Source of the DNA: Candidatus Nitrosotenuis sp.
Lineage (GTDB): Archaea > Thermoproteota > Nitrososphaeria > Nitrososphaerales > Nitrosopumilaceae
DNA: 29,072 nt
Direction of reading: 5' to 3'
Assembly (NCBI GenBank): GCA_036396715.1
Contig: DASWKH010000061.1
Span: forward strand, 1 to 29,072
Below, piece after piece: positions 8,171-15,468 of the stretch. Within the stretch, counting starts at the first letter, position 1. Every line of letters begins with the position of its first letter. The notes beneath the pieces were generated by a model. It was given only the letters and a program-made list of their open reading frames with translations. It did not search any database and was not told the origin of the DNA. Both the position numbers and the translations under genes were made by a program.

Positions 8171-8950
8171 ATGCGATCATTACACATCTTGATAATTTCG
8201 ATAATTGCCATAGTTGTCAGCTATTATGTGATTAGTGCATTTGTTCTGCAACAACAGGCAATAAACAAACAATCAGTGTACGTGCACCTACAGCCAGAAT
8301 GGGATAGCTACCCAGGAAATATCGTTTATGACATTACGAATGTCTGGAGTCAAACGGAAAATAGGCAGTTAAACTCCAAGGAAAGGCTAGAAATGTCAAA
8401 AAGCACAAACGTCGATGAACTGCGGTATGTCCATGGAAAATCCTACATTTTAGTCCAGCATGACAACACAAACTGCCATGATTCGTGGGAGCCTCACTAT
8501 GCCAGATTTGGCGCAGATGTAATACGGCACCAAATAGAGTACTTGACTGGCCTGCAGTCAAATCCTGATCCAAACGTCACATTGTACAATCCAATCCCAA
8601 GCAAACAAGACACAACAGAACACGAATCGCAAATAAAACTGGGCTATTCTCAGTTTATCCCAATTTGTACTGAAAAAGATACTACCTCCTTTGATTATTC
8701 GGTTAGAATAAACGATAATTCAGTTGGTTTTGATGTGTATTTTGTTCCATCTATACAAGAACAAGAAAACTATGATCAAAACAACAACAAATTCCAATAT
8801 TATGAGACGGGACAGTGCTCTGGCAAAAACTATGCTAGTTTTTCTGGCACTTGTTATGATGTGAGGAAAGACTCGGGCCTCCTAATCGTAATTCCGGATA
8901 ATCTTAGTCTTCCTCTAACAAAGCTTGATGTCTGGCTGTATGAAAAATAA
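8171..8950 (+). CDS. Membrane-anchored degenerate metzincin paralogue (pseudo-protease) with an extra C-terminal domain
   Basis: N-terminal anchor MRSLHILIISIIAIVVSYYVISAFVL. Internal segments align by eye to the protease at 6424-7377: YVHLQPEWDSYPGNIVYDITNVWS against YVQKMPPHWEKQFGDVLTKATQYWE, and IRHQIEYLTGLQSNPDPNVTLYNPI against TKHELGHAIGLPHSDDPNDMMYPI. The zinc-site residues are replaced (HExxHxxGxxH becomes HQxxYxxGxxS; nt 8528-8560). Confidence 0.6.
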   Translation: MRSLHILIISIIAIVVSYYVISAFVLQQQAINKQSVYVHLQPEWDSYPGNIVYDITNVWSQTENRQLNSKERLEMSKSTNVDELRYVHGKSYILVQHDNTNCHDSWEPHYARFGADVIRHQIEYLTGLQSNPDPNVTLYNPIPSKQDTTEHESQIKLGYSQFIPICTEKDTTSFDYSVRINDNSVGFDVYFVPSIQEQENYDQNNNKFQYYETGQCSGKNYASFSGTCYDVRKDSGLLIVIPDNLSLPLTKLDVWLYEK

Positions 8951-9040
8951 TGTCAAAAAGATGGCTCTAAAAGATATGATGTATAAAAACAAGCGTAAAT
9001 CTGGAAAATGGTTTTAATTTGAGACTAACCAAGTCATTTC

Positions 9041-9502
9041 ATGAAAGCAACATTTGGAGCGGGATGTTTTTGGTGCGTCGAGGACGTCTTTAGAAGAACA
9101 AAAGGCGTAACATCTGTCATGGTTGGATACAGCGGTGGCAGCACAAAAAACCCAACTTATAACGATGTCTGCACCGACCTTACGGGACATGCGGAAGTAG
9201 TTCAAGTAGATTATGACCCAAATGTATTGCCATACGAGGAACTCCTAGACGTATTTTGGAATTCTCACGACCCAACCCAGCTTAACAGGCAAGGACCAGA
9301 CATCGGAACGCAGTACCGCTCAGTCATTTTTTACCATGATTCACAACAAGAGGCAATAGCCAGAAAATCAAAGGAAATACTAGACGTGTCTGGCAAGTTC
9401 GGCAAAAAAATCGTAACTGAGATCCAACCCGCAGCAGAATTCTACAAGGCAGAAGAATACCACCAGCAGTATTATGCAAAATGCGGTATGGCGAAGTACT
9501 AG
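9041..9502 (+). CDS. msrA: Peptide-methionine (S)-S-oxide reductase MsrA
   Basis: 153-aa ORF with the catalytic N-terminal motif GAGCFWCVE and MsrA-typical sequence throughout ([37 protein letters not shown]). Confidence 0.95.
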   Translation: MKATFGAGCFWCVEDVFRRTKGVTSVMVGYSGGSTKNPTYNDVCTDLTGHAEVVQVDYDPNVLPYEELLDVFWNSHDPTQLNRQGPDIGTQYRSVIFYHDSQQEAIARKSKEILDVSGKFGKKIVTEIQPAAEFYKAEEYHQQYYAKCGMAKY

Positions 9503-9735
9503 CTAATTTGTCAATGAATAATTCCTTAGTGAGTCTTTTATAGAAAATGCAAGATTGATCAGTTGATAGGTGGGATCCAGTGCCGGAATCTGATGAATTT
9601 TTCGTCAGACCATCTATCTAAAGATTTTATCAATGATGATTTGAAGACGTACAAGATCATGATTTTTGTTTGTTGATATGCTAACAATTATTCAAAATCG
9701 TTTCATCCAGCATTACCAATTTTGGGATTCGATAG

Positions 9736-9750
9736 TTAATTTATTATTTC
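9736..9750 (+). promoter_or_regulatory. TATA-like box (ttaatttattatttc) 22 nt upstream of candidate TTG start 9772
   Basis: AT-rich element at the window-typical distance from a candidate small-ORF start. Confidence 0.25.
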
Positions 9751-9771
9751 AAATCAGGATGCACAAACCTG

Positions 9772-9876
9772 TTGAAGTGCAAGAATTGCGGAAAGGAGTA
9801 CCATAACAGGGCATCAAACTACTGCTCCACCGAATGTGCACTTGAATTCATGGAAAAACACTCAGAACCCTGCTAG
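9772..9876 (+). CDS. Candidate 34-aa zinc-finger peptide (CxxC-x11-CxxxC): (M)KCKNCGKEYHNRASNYCSTECALEFMEKHSEPC
   Basis: Hand-translated ORF in the 410-nt msrA-downstream gap. It has four Cys residues in a C-x2-C...YCS-x2-C arrangement reminiscent of FCS/TRASH-type metal-binding fingers. A non-ATG (TTG) start is inferred from TATA spacing. The ORF is open back to 9736. Confidence 0.3.
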   Translation: MKCKNCGKEYHNRASNYCSTECALEFMEKHSEPC

Positions 9877-9912
9877 AACGATTTATCAAAGGCTTGCTTG
9901 AACTCTTAACTG

Positions 9913-10305
9913 ATGTGTCTTAGGTATGCGTTTTTACTGCTTTTTGTTGTTATGCTACAAAATGTGTACGCCCAGGACTTGCCAGTCAAATTGGCAGACA
10001 GCACCAAAAAAACAGTTGAGGTTGGCAAACAGATACAGATTGCTGCTGATCTAAAAAACAACCAAGACGTCAAGCAGGACTTTGCGTATATTGTCCAGAT
10101 CCAAAATGAAGATGGTGTAATAGTGTCGCTTGCTTGGATTACTGGGACTCTGGCGCCTGCACAATCTTTTACACCTGCACTTTCTTGGATACCAAACGAG
10201 GAGGGCAGGTATGAGGCCACAATCTTTGTCTGGGAAAGCATCAATAACCCTTCTGCTCTGTCACCAACACTTTCTTTGGGAATTGATGTGAATCAATTTG
10301 CTTAA
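9913..10305 (+). CDS. Hypothetical small secreted protein (130 aa)
   Basis: Signal peptide MCLRYAFLLLFVVMLQNVYA|QD. The mature part has alternating beta-strand-like composition. A TATA-like gatttatcaa ends 24 nt upstream of the ATG. Confidence 0.6.
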   Translation: MCLRYAFLLLFVVMLQNVYAQDLPVKLADSTKKTVEVGKQIQIAADLKNNQDVKQDFAYIVQIQNEDGVIVSLAWITGTLAPAQSFTPALSWIPNEEGRYEATIFVWESINNPSALSPTLSLGIDVNQFA

Positions 10306-10489
10306 TGCGTAAAACTAATCTGTAAAATTTAGTTTCAATTTGACTTGCTGAAATACTAATGACATGTAGCAAAAAGAAATGGCATGGCAACCTTGGCCAC
10401 AAAAGAGACCATGTCTTTTGCTGAAAAACCAATTATTTCTGGAAGGGGTGATTCGGGAAGACTACATAATTACTAAATCAAAAAATTAC

Positions 10490-10498
10490 AAAAAAAAA
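10490..10498 (-). terminator. Oligo-T (T9 on the minus strand) archaeal-type terminator after the O-methyltransferase gene
   Basis: The A9 run on the plus strand is a T9 run on the coding strand, starting 7 nt downstream of the stop at 10505. Confidence 0.45.
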
Positions 10499-10504
10499 CT
10501 TTAG

Positions 10505-11110
10505 TTATTTGGTTTTAATTGAGATTTCCTGACCATTACCAATCGGTAAGGTGACTGTCCAAACATTTTTCTTTTTTACAATGTACTTTGAATAATTACG
10601 CATGATTTCGCGGTATTTTTCTGGATATAACATGTTGTCAGTTGCTATGATCCCGCCAACCCTTAGGAGTGGAAGCACAAGGTCAAAGTATTTCTTGGCG
10701 TTTTCCTTGTCAGCGTCAATTAGGGCAAAATCAAATGTTGGTTTTTTGGGCATGTTTTTTAGTACATCAAGTATATGACTTGGAATTATTTTGATATAGT
10801 CTGAAACACCAGCACGCTCAAAGTTGCGTTTTGCCCTTATGATCTTGGAAGGGTTTTTTTCTACTGTCATAATAACTGGATTTTTATGACAAGAAAGAAG
10901 CGCGTCTGCGATATACAAAGTAGAATAGCCAGTAGAGGTTCCAAGCTCAAGTGCCTTTTTTGCTTTGATGGCAACTAACAAGGCATGGAAAAACCCACCA
11001 GTATCTTTCGTAATTGCAAGCATGCGGTCTTCTGGCTTTACGTCCACTTTTCGTGATTTTTCCAGATGTGACTGTCTTTCTAGTTCTGTAAGAATTGGAC
11101 CAATCTTCAT
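10505..11110 (-). CDS. Class I SAM-dependent O-methyltransferase (caffeoyl-CoA O-methyltransferase-like, family 3)
   Basis: 201-aa ORF with the SAM-binding motif LELGTSTGYSTLYIA and the family-typical FDFALIDADKENAKKYFDLVLPLLRVGGIIATDNML. Confidence 0.85.
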   Translation of the reverse strand: MKIGPILTELERQSHLEKSRKVDVKPEDRMLAITKDTGGFFHALLVAIKAKKALELGTSTGYSTLYIADALLSCHKNPVIMTVEKNPSKIIRAKRNFERAGVSDYIKIIPSHILDVLKNMPKKPTFDFALIDADKENAKKYFDLVLPLLRVGGIIATDNMLYPEKYREIMRNYSKYIVKKKNVWTVTLPIGNGQEISIKTK

Positions 11111-11131
11111 GACTTTTGTTGTGTGTGTTCC

Positions 11132-11145
11132 ATTATAATATATTT
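11132..11145 (-). promoter_or_regulatory. TATA-like box (aaatatattataat on the minus strand) 22 nt upstream of the methyltransferase ATG
   Basis: Spacing consistent with a leaderless transcript. It lies in the 124-nt divergent intergenic region. Confidence 0.3.
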
Positions 11146-11200
11146 GAGAAATATGCTAGCAAATTTTGCAAGCCCGATCCCAGCAAAAGATCGATTAAAT

Positions 11201-11211
11201 AAATTATATTT
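11201..11211 (+). promoter_or_regulatory. TATA-like box (aaattatattt) 24 nt upstream of TTG 11235
   Basis: This supports the TTG start at 11235 for the downstream ORF. Confidence 0.3.
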
Positions 11212-11234
11212 AGCTATTTTTTAGTTGCAACAAA

Positions 11235-11615
11235 TTGAATGCTTACAAAAACGCCTCACTAATAGAAATAGTTGAAGACATCGTCGATATCGACACTGGC
11301 ATGAGATTTGCCGCAATTATTGACTTAAAAGGGAACATACTGGAATCAATCATGAAAAAGGGCAAGACTTCGCTTAAAACACAAAAAGAAGAAGAGCATT
11401 TTTGCAAGCAAATCGCACAAAGGCGCAAAATGAGAAAGGAATTCGACAAGAGCCTTGGCAAGGTGCGATATGTCCAAGTAGAACGAGAAAAGGTAATTCA
11501 ATTCGTAGTTTATCCAAAAAGAAAGACCATCTACTTTACGATGGAGCCTGAGACGAGCGTTAATAAAAAAATGGCAATAATAAATCGAGTCAAAAAACTG
11601 ACAATGCATCTTTAA
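11235..11615 (+). CDS. Hypothetical cytoplasmic protein (126 aa)
   Basis: TTG-initiated ORF (next in-frame ATG at 11301) with coding-like composition. I cannot support a confident family assignment. Confidence 0.5.
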   Translation: MNAYKNASLIEIVEDIVDIDTGMRFAAIIDLKGNILESIMKKGKTSLKTQKEEEHFCKQIAQRRKMRKEFDKSLGKVRYVQVEREKVIQFVVYPKRKTIYFTMEPETSVNKKMAIINRVKKLTMHL

Positions 11616-11808
11616 AAATCATCTGTTTGTTCCAAACACACGCTACATTACAAAACATGGGATCCATCAACTTGCATGGATTCAAATAATATGGTTCTCA
11701 TACTTGGTACGGCAGTAGCACTTGCTGTTATACTGCCTCTCATCATAGGCTCTCTTACGGGTTAAGTTTAAAAAATAAATACACAAGACAGGCGTTCTAG
11801 TTCATCAC

Positions 11809-12084
11809 ATGAAAATACTTGTTGATGAGATGGATGATGGATGGGATGAAAAACTCCGCACTCTGGGCTATGAGGCATATTCGGTTAAAAAACTGCTAAC
11901 TGAAGGCAAAAAACTACATACTGACTATTCTGTGATAAACTACGCAAAAGAAAATGAGATGATACTAATTACGCGTGATACAGAATCGGGTCAAGCATGC
12001 ACCGAAAACAACCTACCCTGTATTCTGCTTGATAATAACGAGATATTCAAGATTGTGCTTGAAAAGTTAAAGGGTTTTGTCTGA
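11809..12084 (+). CDS. Small PIN-like protein (DUF5615 / Mut7-C-like pattern)
   Basis: 91-aa ORF. The N-terminal MKILVDEMDD and central EMILITRDTES resemble the MK(I/F)L(V/I)DEN...ILVT.D.DF pattern of DUF5615-type PIN-fold proteins. This assignment is from memory, not from a search. Confidence 0.45.
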   Translation: MKILVDEMDDGWDEKLRTLGYEAYSVKKLLTEGKKLHTDYSVINYAKENEMILITRDTESGQACTENNLPCILLDNNEIFKIVLEKLKGFV

Positions 12085-12121
12085 TACTAGAATTTTTATC
12101 CTGCAATTGGATTAGTAAACC

Positions 12122-12376
12122 ATGGAAAGTTGTGACAGAAGAACCCGAGCATACAAAAATGGTAAAACCTTTGATCAATGTGTGCAGATTGCAGAGGCAT
12201 TAAACCCAGAGTTCAAAAAAACAATTGAAACACAGGGCAAGGTTCTATGGACAGAAATTTTATCCAAAGTGGACCACGACGAGCTTGTCTACAAGCTGAC
12301 ACTAAAATACCTACGGCGGGACGGATATGACATTGGGAACTGGCTTATTCCAGAAGTCAAAAAATTTTCAAGTTAG
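12122..12376 (+). CDS. Hypothetical protein (84 aa)
   Basis: ATG ORF 37 nt downstream of the PIN-like gene on the same strand. No recognised motif. Confidence 0.45.
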   Translation: MESCDRRTRAYKNGKTFDQCVQIAEALNPEFKKTIETQGKVLWTEILSKVDHDELVYKLTLKYLRRDGYDIGNWLIPEVKKFSS

Positions 12377-13179
12377 GATTCTACTTTACAGCTCCAGCCG
12401 CTGCTTTTGATCTTTTTTGCCATGATTACTGGCGTAAACGCAAGCAGGGGAATTGAAACTGCAATCAGTATTGTCTGAATCTGAGTTATTGCCAAAGTAA
12501 ACGCAATAGTGCCAGATGCGGAAACAAAAAGTGAAAGAAATGTACCTGCACATGTGGGGCATGCAATGAATAATCCTGTCGTTGCAGCTATGCTTCCTAT
12601 ACCAGTTCCTTTTTTGAGAATTGAAAAGGCGTTTACGGCAATCGCAGCGTTTAATCCTACTAGATAAGAGACAGTAATCTGCAAAATTAGGTTAATTGGG
12701 ATTATTTGAAGACCTACATGCTCTGTCATGTAAAAGATGAGTTTTGGCACGTATCCTACATCGCCACAGCACGGGGCAATTTGTGCAGACGGCACAACCA
12801 CTCCATAATGCTTTGAGAAAATAACATCGGGCTGATATACTAGAATGCCAGATGTTAGGGCAAAGAAAATACCATACCCAATACTTGTTGCCACAAAAAT
12901 TCTCCTTGATTTTTTGTTCCAAGTTACCTGTGCTATGATGGAAAATACGTCATCTTTGCCTGCCTGAACCTTTTGGTGGTGGTATTGGAAAAACCCATAT
13001 GCGATTGCCCCAAGTGCCAAGATGAGCATAAAATAAAATGCAACACCGAGTCTCTCAATTGAAGATATTGCAGCAGGCGTGATCTCAGAGTTTCCAAGAC
13101 GTGCATAAATTAAAAGCAAAATTGCGACACTGACAAATCCTATTGCAATAAGTAGCCTGCCATCACGGGATTCTGCCAT
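12373..13179 (-). CDS. Polytopic integral membrane protein with CC and CPTC motifs
   Basis: 268-aa ORF with about 7 hydrophobic segments. Cysteine motifs APCCGD and FIACPTCAGTFL lie at or within predicted membrane segments. Family not recognised. Confidence 0.65.
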   Translation of the reverse strand: MAESRDGRLLIAIGFVSVAILLLIYARLGNSEITPAAISSIERLGVAFYFMLILALGAIAYGFFQYHHQKVQAGKDDVFSIIAQVTWNKKSRRIFVATSIGYGIFFALTSGILVYQPDVIFSKHYGVVVPSAQIAPCCGDVGYVPKLIFYMTEHVGLQIIPINLILQITVSYLVGLNAAIAVNAFSILKKGTGIGSIAATTGLFIACPTCAGTFLSLFVSASGTIAFTLAITQIQTILIAVSIPLLAFTPVIMAKKIKSSGWSCKVES

Positions 13180-13293
13180 TTAGAGTTTAGTTGAAAAGTA
13201 CCATCATTAAATCGTTATCCACATGGCCACACACTCGTTGTTTTCAAATATGAGAGCGCAACCTCTTTTAAATTGTGATACATACAAGATCAT

Positions 13294-13767
13294 ATGAAAA
13301 GCGGTACAAAAACAAAAAAACGCACAATTGCCACAGCAGAAATCCCTATTTCGGTGTGTGATGTCATGAAGGACAATACCTCGAAAATAATCAAAAAACT
13401 AGAATCACAAATTCCATTTTCGACACAGCATTATTTTGATCTTTATGCAGCATTCCTTCATTCTATTGATGATGTCTTTGGTACATGCTATATTGCGGAA
13501 AAGCAGTTTTTTGATAAGATTGGGTTTGATCAAAACATGTTAAAATCAATCAAGTATGTGTCTGATCAGTTTACTAATGTACTACTGACACAAGTTGAGA
13601 TGACAAGCAATTTGCAAAAATCACATCTCCAATTTCAAAAGAGTGTTTTGGGCATGTCCGAACAGTACACTCATTCATTTGTTGACTCGTACTGGAAGTC
13701 ATTGACAGAACTTAACAGGTTTTTAGAAAATACAAAAAAGACGTACAAACTTGAGCCACAAAACTAG
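13294..13767 (+). CDS. Hypothetical helical protein (157 aa)
   Basis: ATG ORF with a TATA-like cttttaaatt about 20 nt upstream. It overlaps the start of the downstream aldehyde dehydrogenase by 17 nt, suggesting co-transcription. Confidence 0.55.
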   Translation: MKSGTKTKKRTIATAEIPISVCDVMKDNTSKIIKKLESQIPFSTQHYFDLYAAFLHSIDDVFGTCYIAEKQFFDKIGFDQNMLKSIKYVSDQFTNVLLTQVEMTSNLQKSHLQFQKSVLGMSEQYTHSFVDSYWKSLTELNRFLENTKKTYKLEPQN

Positions 13768-15151
13768 CATTACGACCATAAATCCTGCAACGGAAGAACC
13801 AATCTCTACTTATGATTCGATCACAAAGGAGCAGGTCCAAAATAGTGTGGCAAAAGCAAAGGCTGCATTTGGCAGCTGGAAAAATACTCTAGAAAAACGA
13901 AAAAGCTGTCTTTACAATCTTACAGACTATTTACGAAAAAACAAGATCAAACTTGCCGAAGCTGCCACAAGAGAAATGGGTAAGGTCATAAAGGAATCAA
14001 TTTCGGAGGTTGAAAAATGCGCGTGGGCACTAGAGTTCTATGCGGATCATGGGCCAAATTTCCTTTCAGATGAGATACTCAATACTGATGCGCGAAAAAG
14101 CTTTATCACGTTTGAACCGCTTGGCGTCATCGGCTCAATTATGCCGTGGAACTTTCCTTACTGGCAGGCGTTGCGATTTACTGCACCAAGTCTGATTGCA
14201 GGAAACACGATTGTCATGAAACCCTCAAGTGTTACAATTCAATGTGGTCTGGAAATGGAAAAAGCTTGCAGAGAAGCAGGCTTTCCAGACGGCGTGTTTC
14301 AAATATTGGTTGGAAGTTCTGGCGTAGCTACGCATCTAATCGAATCCAATGTTAATGCGGTGACGTTTACTGGGAGTACAAAGGTCGGGGCATTGGTGGG
14401 CCAAAAAGCTGCCTCACTTTTGAAAAAATGTGTATTGGAGCTTGGGGGAAGTGATCCGTTTATCGTTCTTGAGGACGCAAACGTGGAAAAAGCGGCAAAC
14501 GGCGCAGTAAAAGGCAGATTCATAAATTGTGGCCAAAGCTGCATTGCATCAAAAAGATTCCTCATCTCAAAGAAAGTAGCCAACGAATTCATAGAAAAAT
14601 TTGTTCACAACGCATCGCGTTTGCAGATGGGTGATCCGATGGTAATAGAAAACGACATTGGGCCACTTGTCAACAAGGAGGCGCTAGAAAACATTTCAGC
14701 AATAGTAGATGATGCAAAAAAGAAAGGGGCCCAAGTTCTACTTGGAGGAGAAAGAATGGGCGACAAGGGATATTATTACAAGCCTACAATTCTGACCGGC
14801 ATCACTGCCGATATGCGGATTTCCAAGGAAGAAACATTTGGGCCAGTAGCACCAATCACGGTTTTTGAGGATGAAAACGAGGCAATTCGGCTCGCAAACG
14901 ACAGCGAATACGGTCTTGGTGCAAGCATTTGGACTGAAGACCTGAACAAAGCAGAGATGCTCTCAAAACGAGTCGAATCGGGAATTGTTACGGTAAACAA
15001 CGTCGTTATCTCTGACCCAAGAATACCGTTTGGCGGAATCAAAAACAGTGGGTATGGTAGAGAACTTTCAAAATATGGGATGCTAGAATTCGTCAATATC
15101 AAGTCCGTCAGGTTTTACGATCAACTGATTCATCATCATTATGTGGAATAA
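13751..15151 (+). CDS. NAD(P)+-dependent aldehyde dehydrogenase (succinate-semialdehyde dehydrogenase-like)
   Basis: 466-aa ORF (TTG start at 13751). ALDH motifs are present: INPATEE N-terminus, FTGST.VG, ELGGSDPFIV (catalytic Glu), FINCGQSCIASKR (catalytic Cys), KEETFGPVAPI. Confidence 0.9.
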   Translation: MSHKTSITTINPATEEPISTYDSITKEQVQNSVAKAKAAFGSWKNTLEKRKSCLYNLTDYLRKNKIKLAEAATREMGKVIKESISEVEKCAWALEFYADHGPNFLSDEILNTDARKSFITFEPLGVIGSIMPWNFPYWQALRFTAPSLIAGNTIVMKPSSVTIQCGLEMEKACREAGFPDGVFQILVGSSGVATHLIESNVNAVTFTGSTKVGALVGQKAASLLKKCVLELGGSDPFIVLEDANVEKAANGAVKGRFINCGQSCIASKRFLISKKVANEFIEKFVHNASRLQMGDPMVIENDIGPLVNKEALENISAIVDDAKKKGAQVLLGGERMGDKGYYYKPTILTGITADMRISKEETFGPVAPITVFEDENEAIRLANDSEYGLGASIWTEDLNKAEMLSKRVESGIVTVNNVVISDPRIPFGGIKNSGYGRELSKYGMLEFVNIKSVRFYDQLIHHHYVE

Positions 15152-15187
15152 ATCCAAGAACGACACAAATCGCATATCAATAAAATG

Positions 15188-15203
15188 AAAAAAGATAGAA
15201 AAA
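15188..15203 (-). terminator. Oligo-T tracts (T5 then T6 on the minus strand) downstream of the zinc-ribbon ORF / tnpB unit
   Basis: The minus strand reads gatttttctatcttttttcatttta, starting 8 nt after the stop at 15211. Confidence 0.35.
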
Positions 15204-15210
15204 TCTTCTA

Positions 15211-15432
15211 CTATACACAGCAGAGTGATTTTTTGAAATCATCGACGCTTCTTGTGAACTTGCATTCTTTGCATACGTGCCAAGTTCGCTCTTTTAATAT
15301 TTTCAAAGGCGCATCGTAGCCTATTGAGTACATTTTCCCGCCACATGCTGGACATGGTAATGGTATGTTAATTTGCATCAAGTTAATTTCGTGTTTTGTA
15401 GATTTAAGAGCCGCGTAGGACTGATAAGTCAT
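15211..15432 (-). CDS. Small zinc-ribbon protein (73 aa)
   Basis: Two CxxC pairs (CPACGGK ... CKECKF) typical of a zinc ribbon. It starts 36 nt downstream of the tnpB stop on the same strand. No separate TATA box is seen in the gap. Confidence 0.45.
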   Translation of the reverse strand: MTYQSYAALKSTKHEINLMQINIPLPCPACGGKMYSIGYDAPLKILKERTWHVCKECKFTRSVDDFKKSLCCV

Positions 15433-15468
15433 CCATGTTTTTCATCAGAACAGTGATTTCTTTGTGAA

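Noticed and set aside
9589-9609. tctgatgaatttttcgtcaga: contains a C-box-like TGATGA and forms a 9-bp hairpin (one G-U pair) with a T-rich loop, 87 nt downstream of msrA. It was considered as a C/D-box sRNA or terminator hairpin. A similar ATGATGA occurs at 9643 and at 6292.
   Set aside because: No matching D/D' (CTGA) boxes lie at appropriate spacing, and there is no k-turn arrangement. Archaeal terminators do not need hairpins. This is insufficient evidence for an RNA gene.
11676-11765. 29-codon hydrophobic ORF (MDSNNMVLILGTAVALAVILPLIIGSLTG) between 11615 and 11809.
   Set aside because: It has no TATA-like box or SD at suitable spacing and no way to test conservation here. It is kept only as a note in the PIN-like pair finding.
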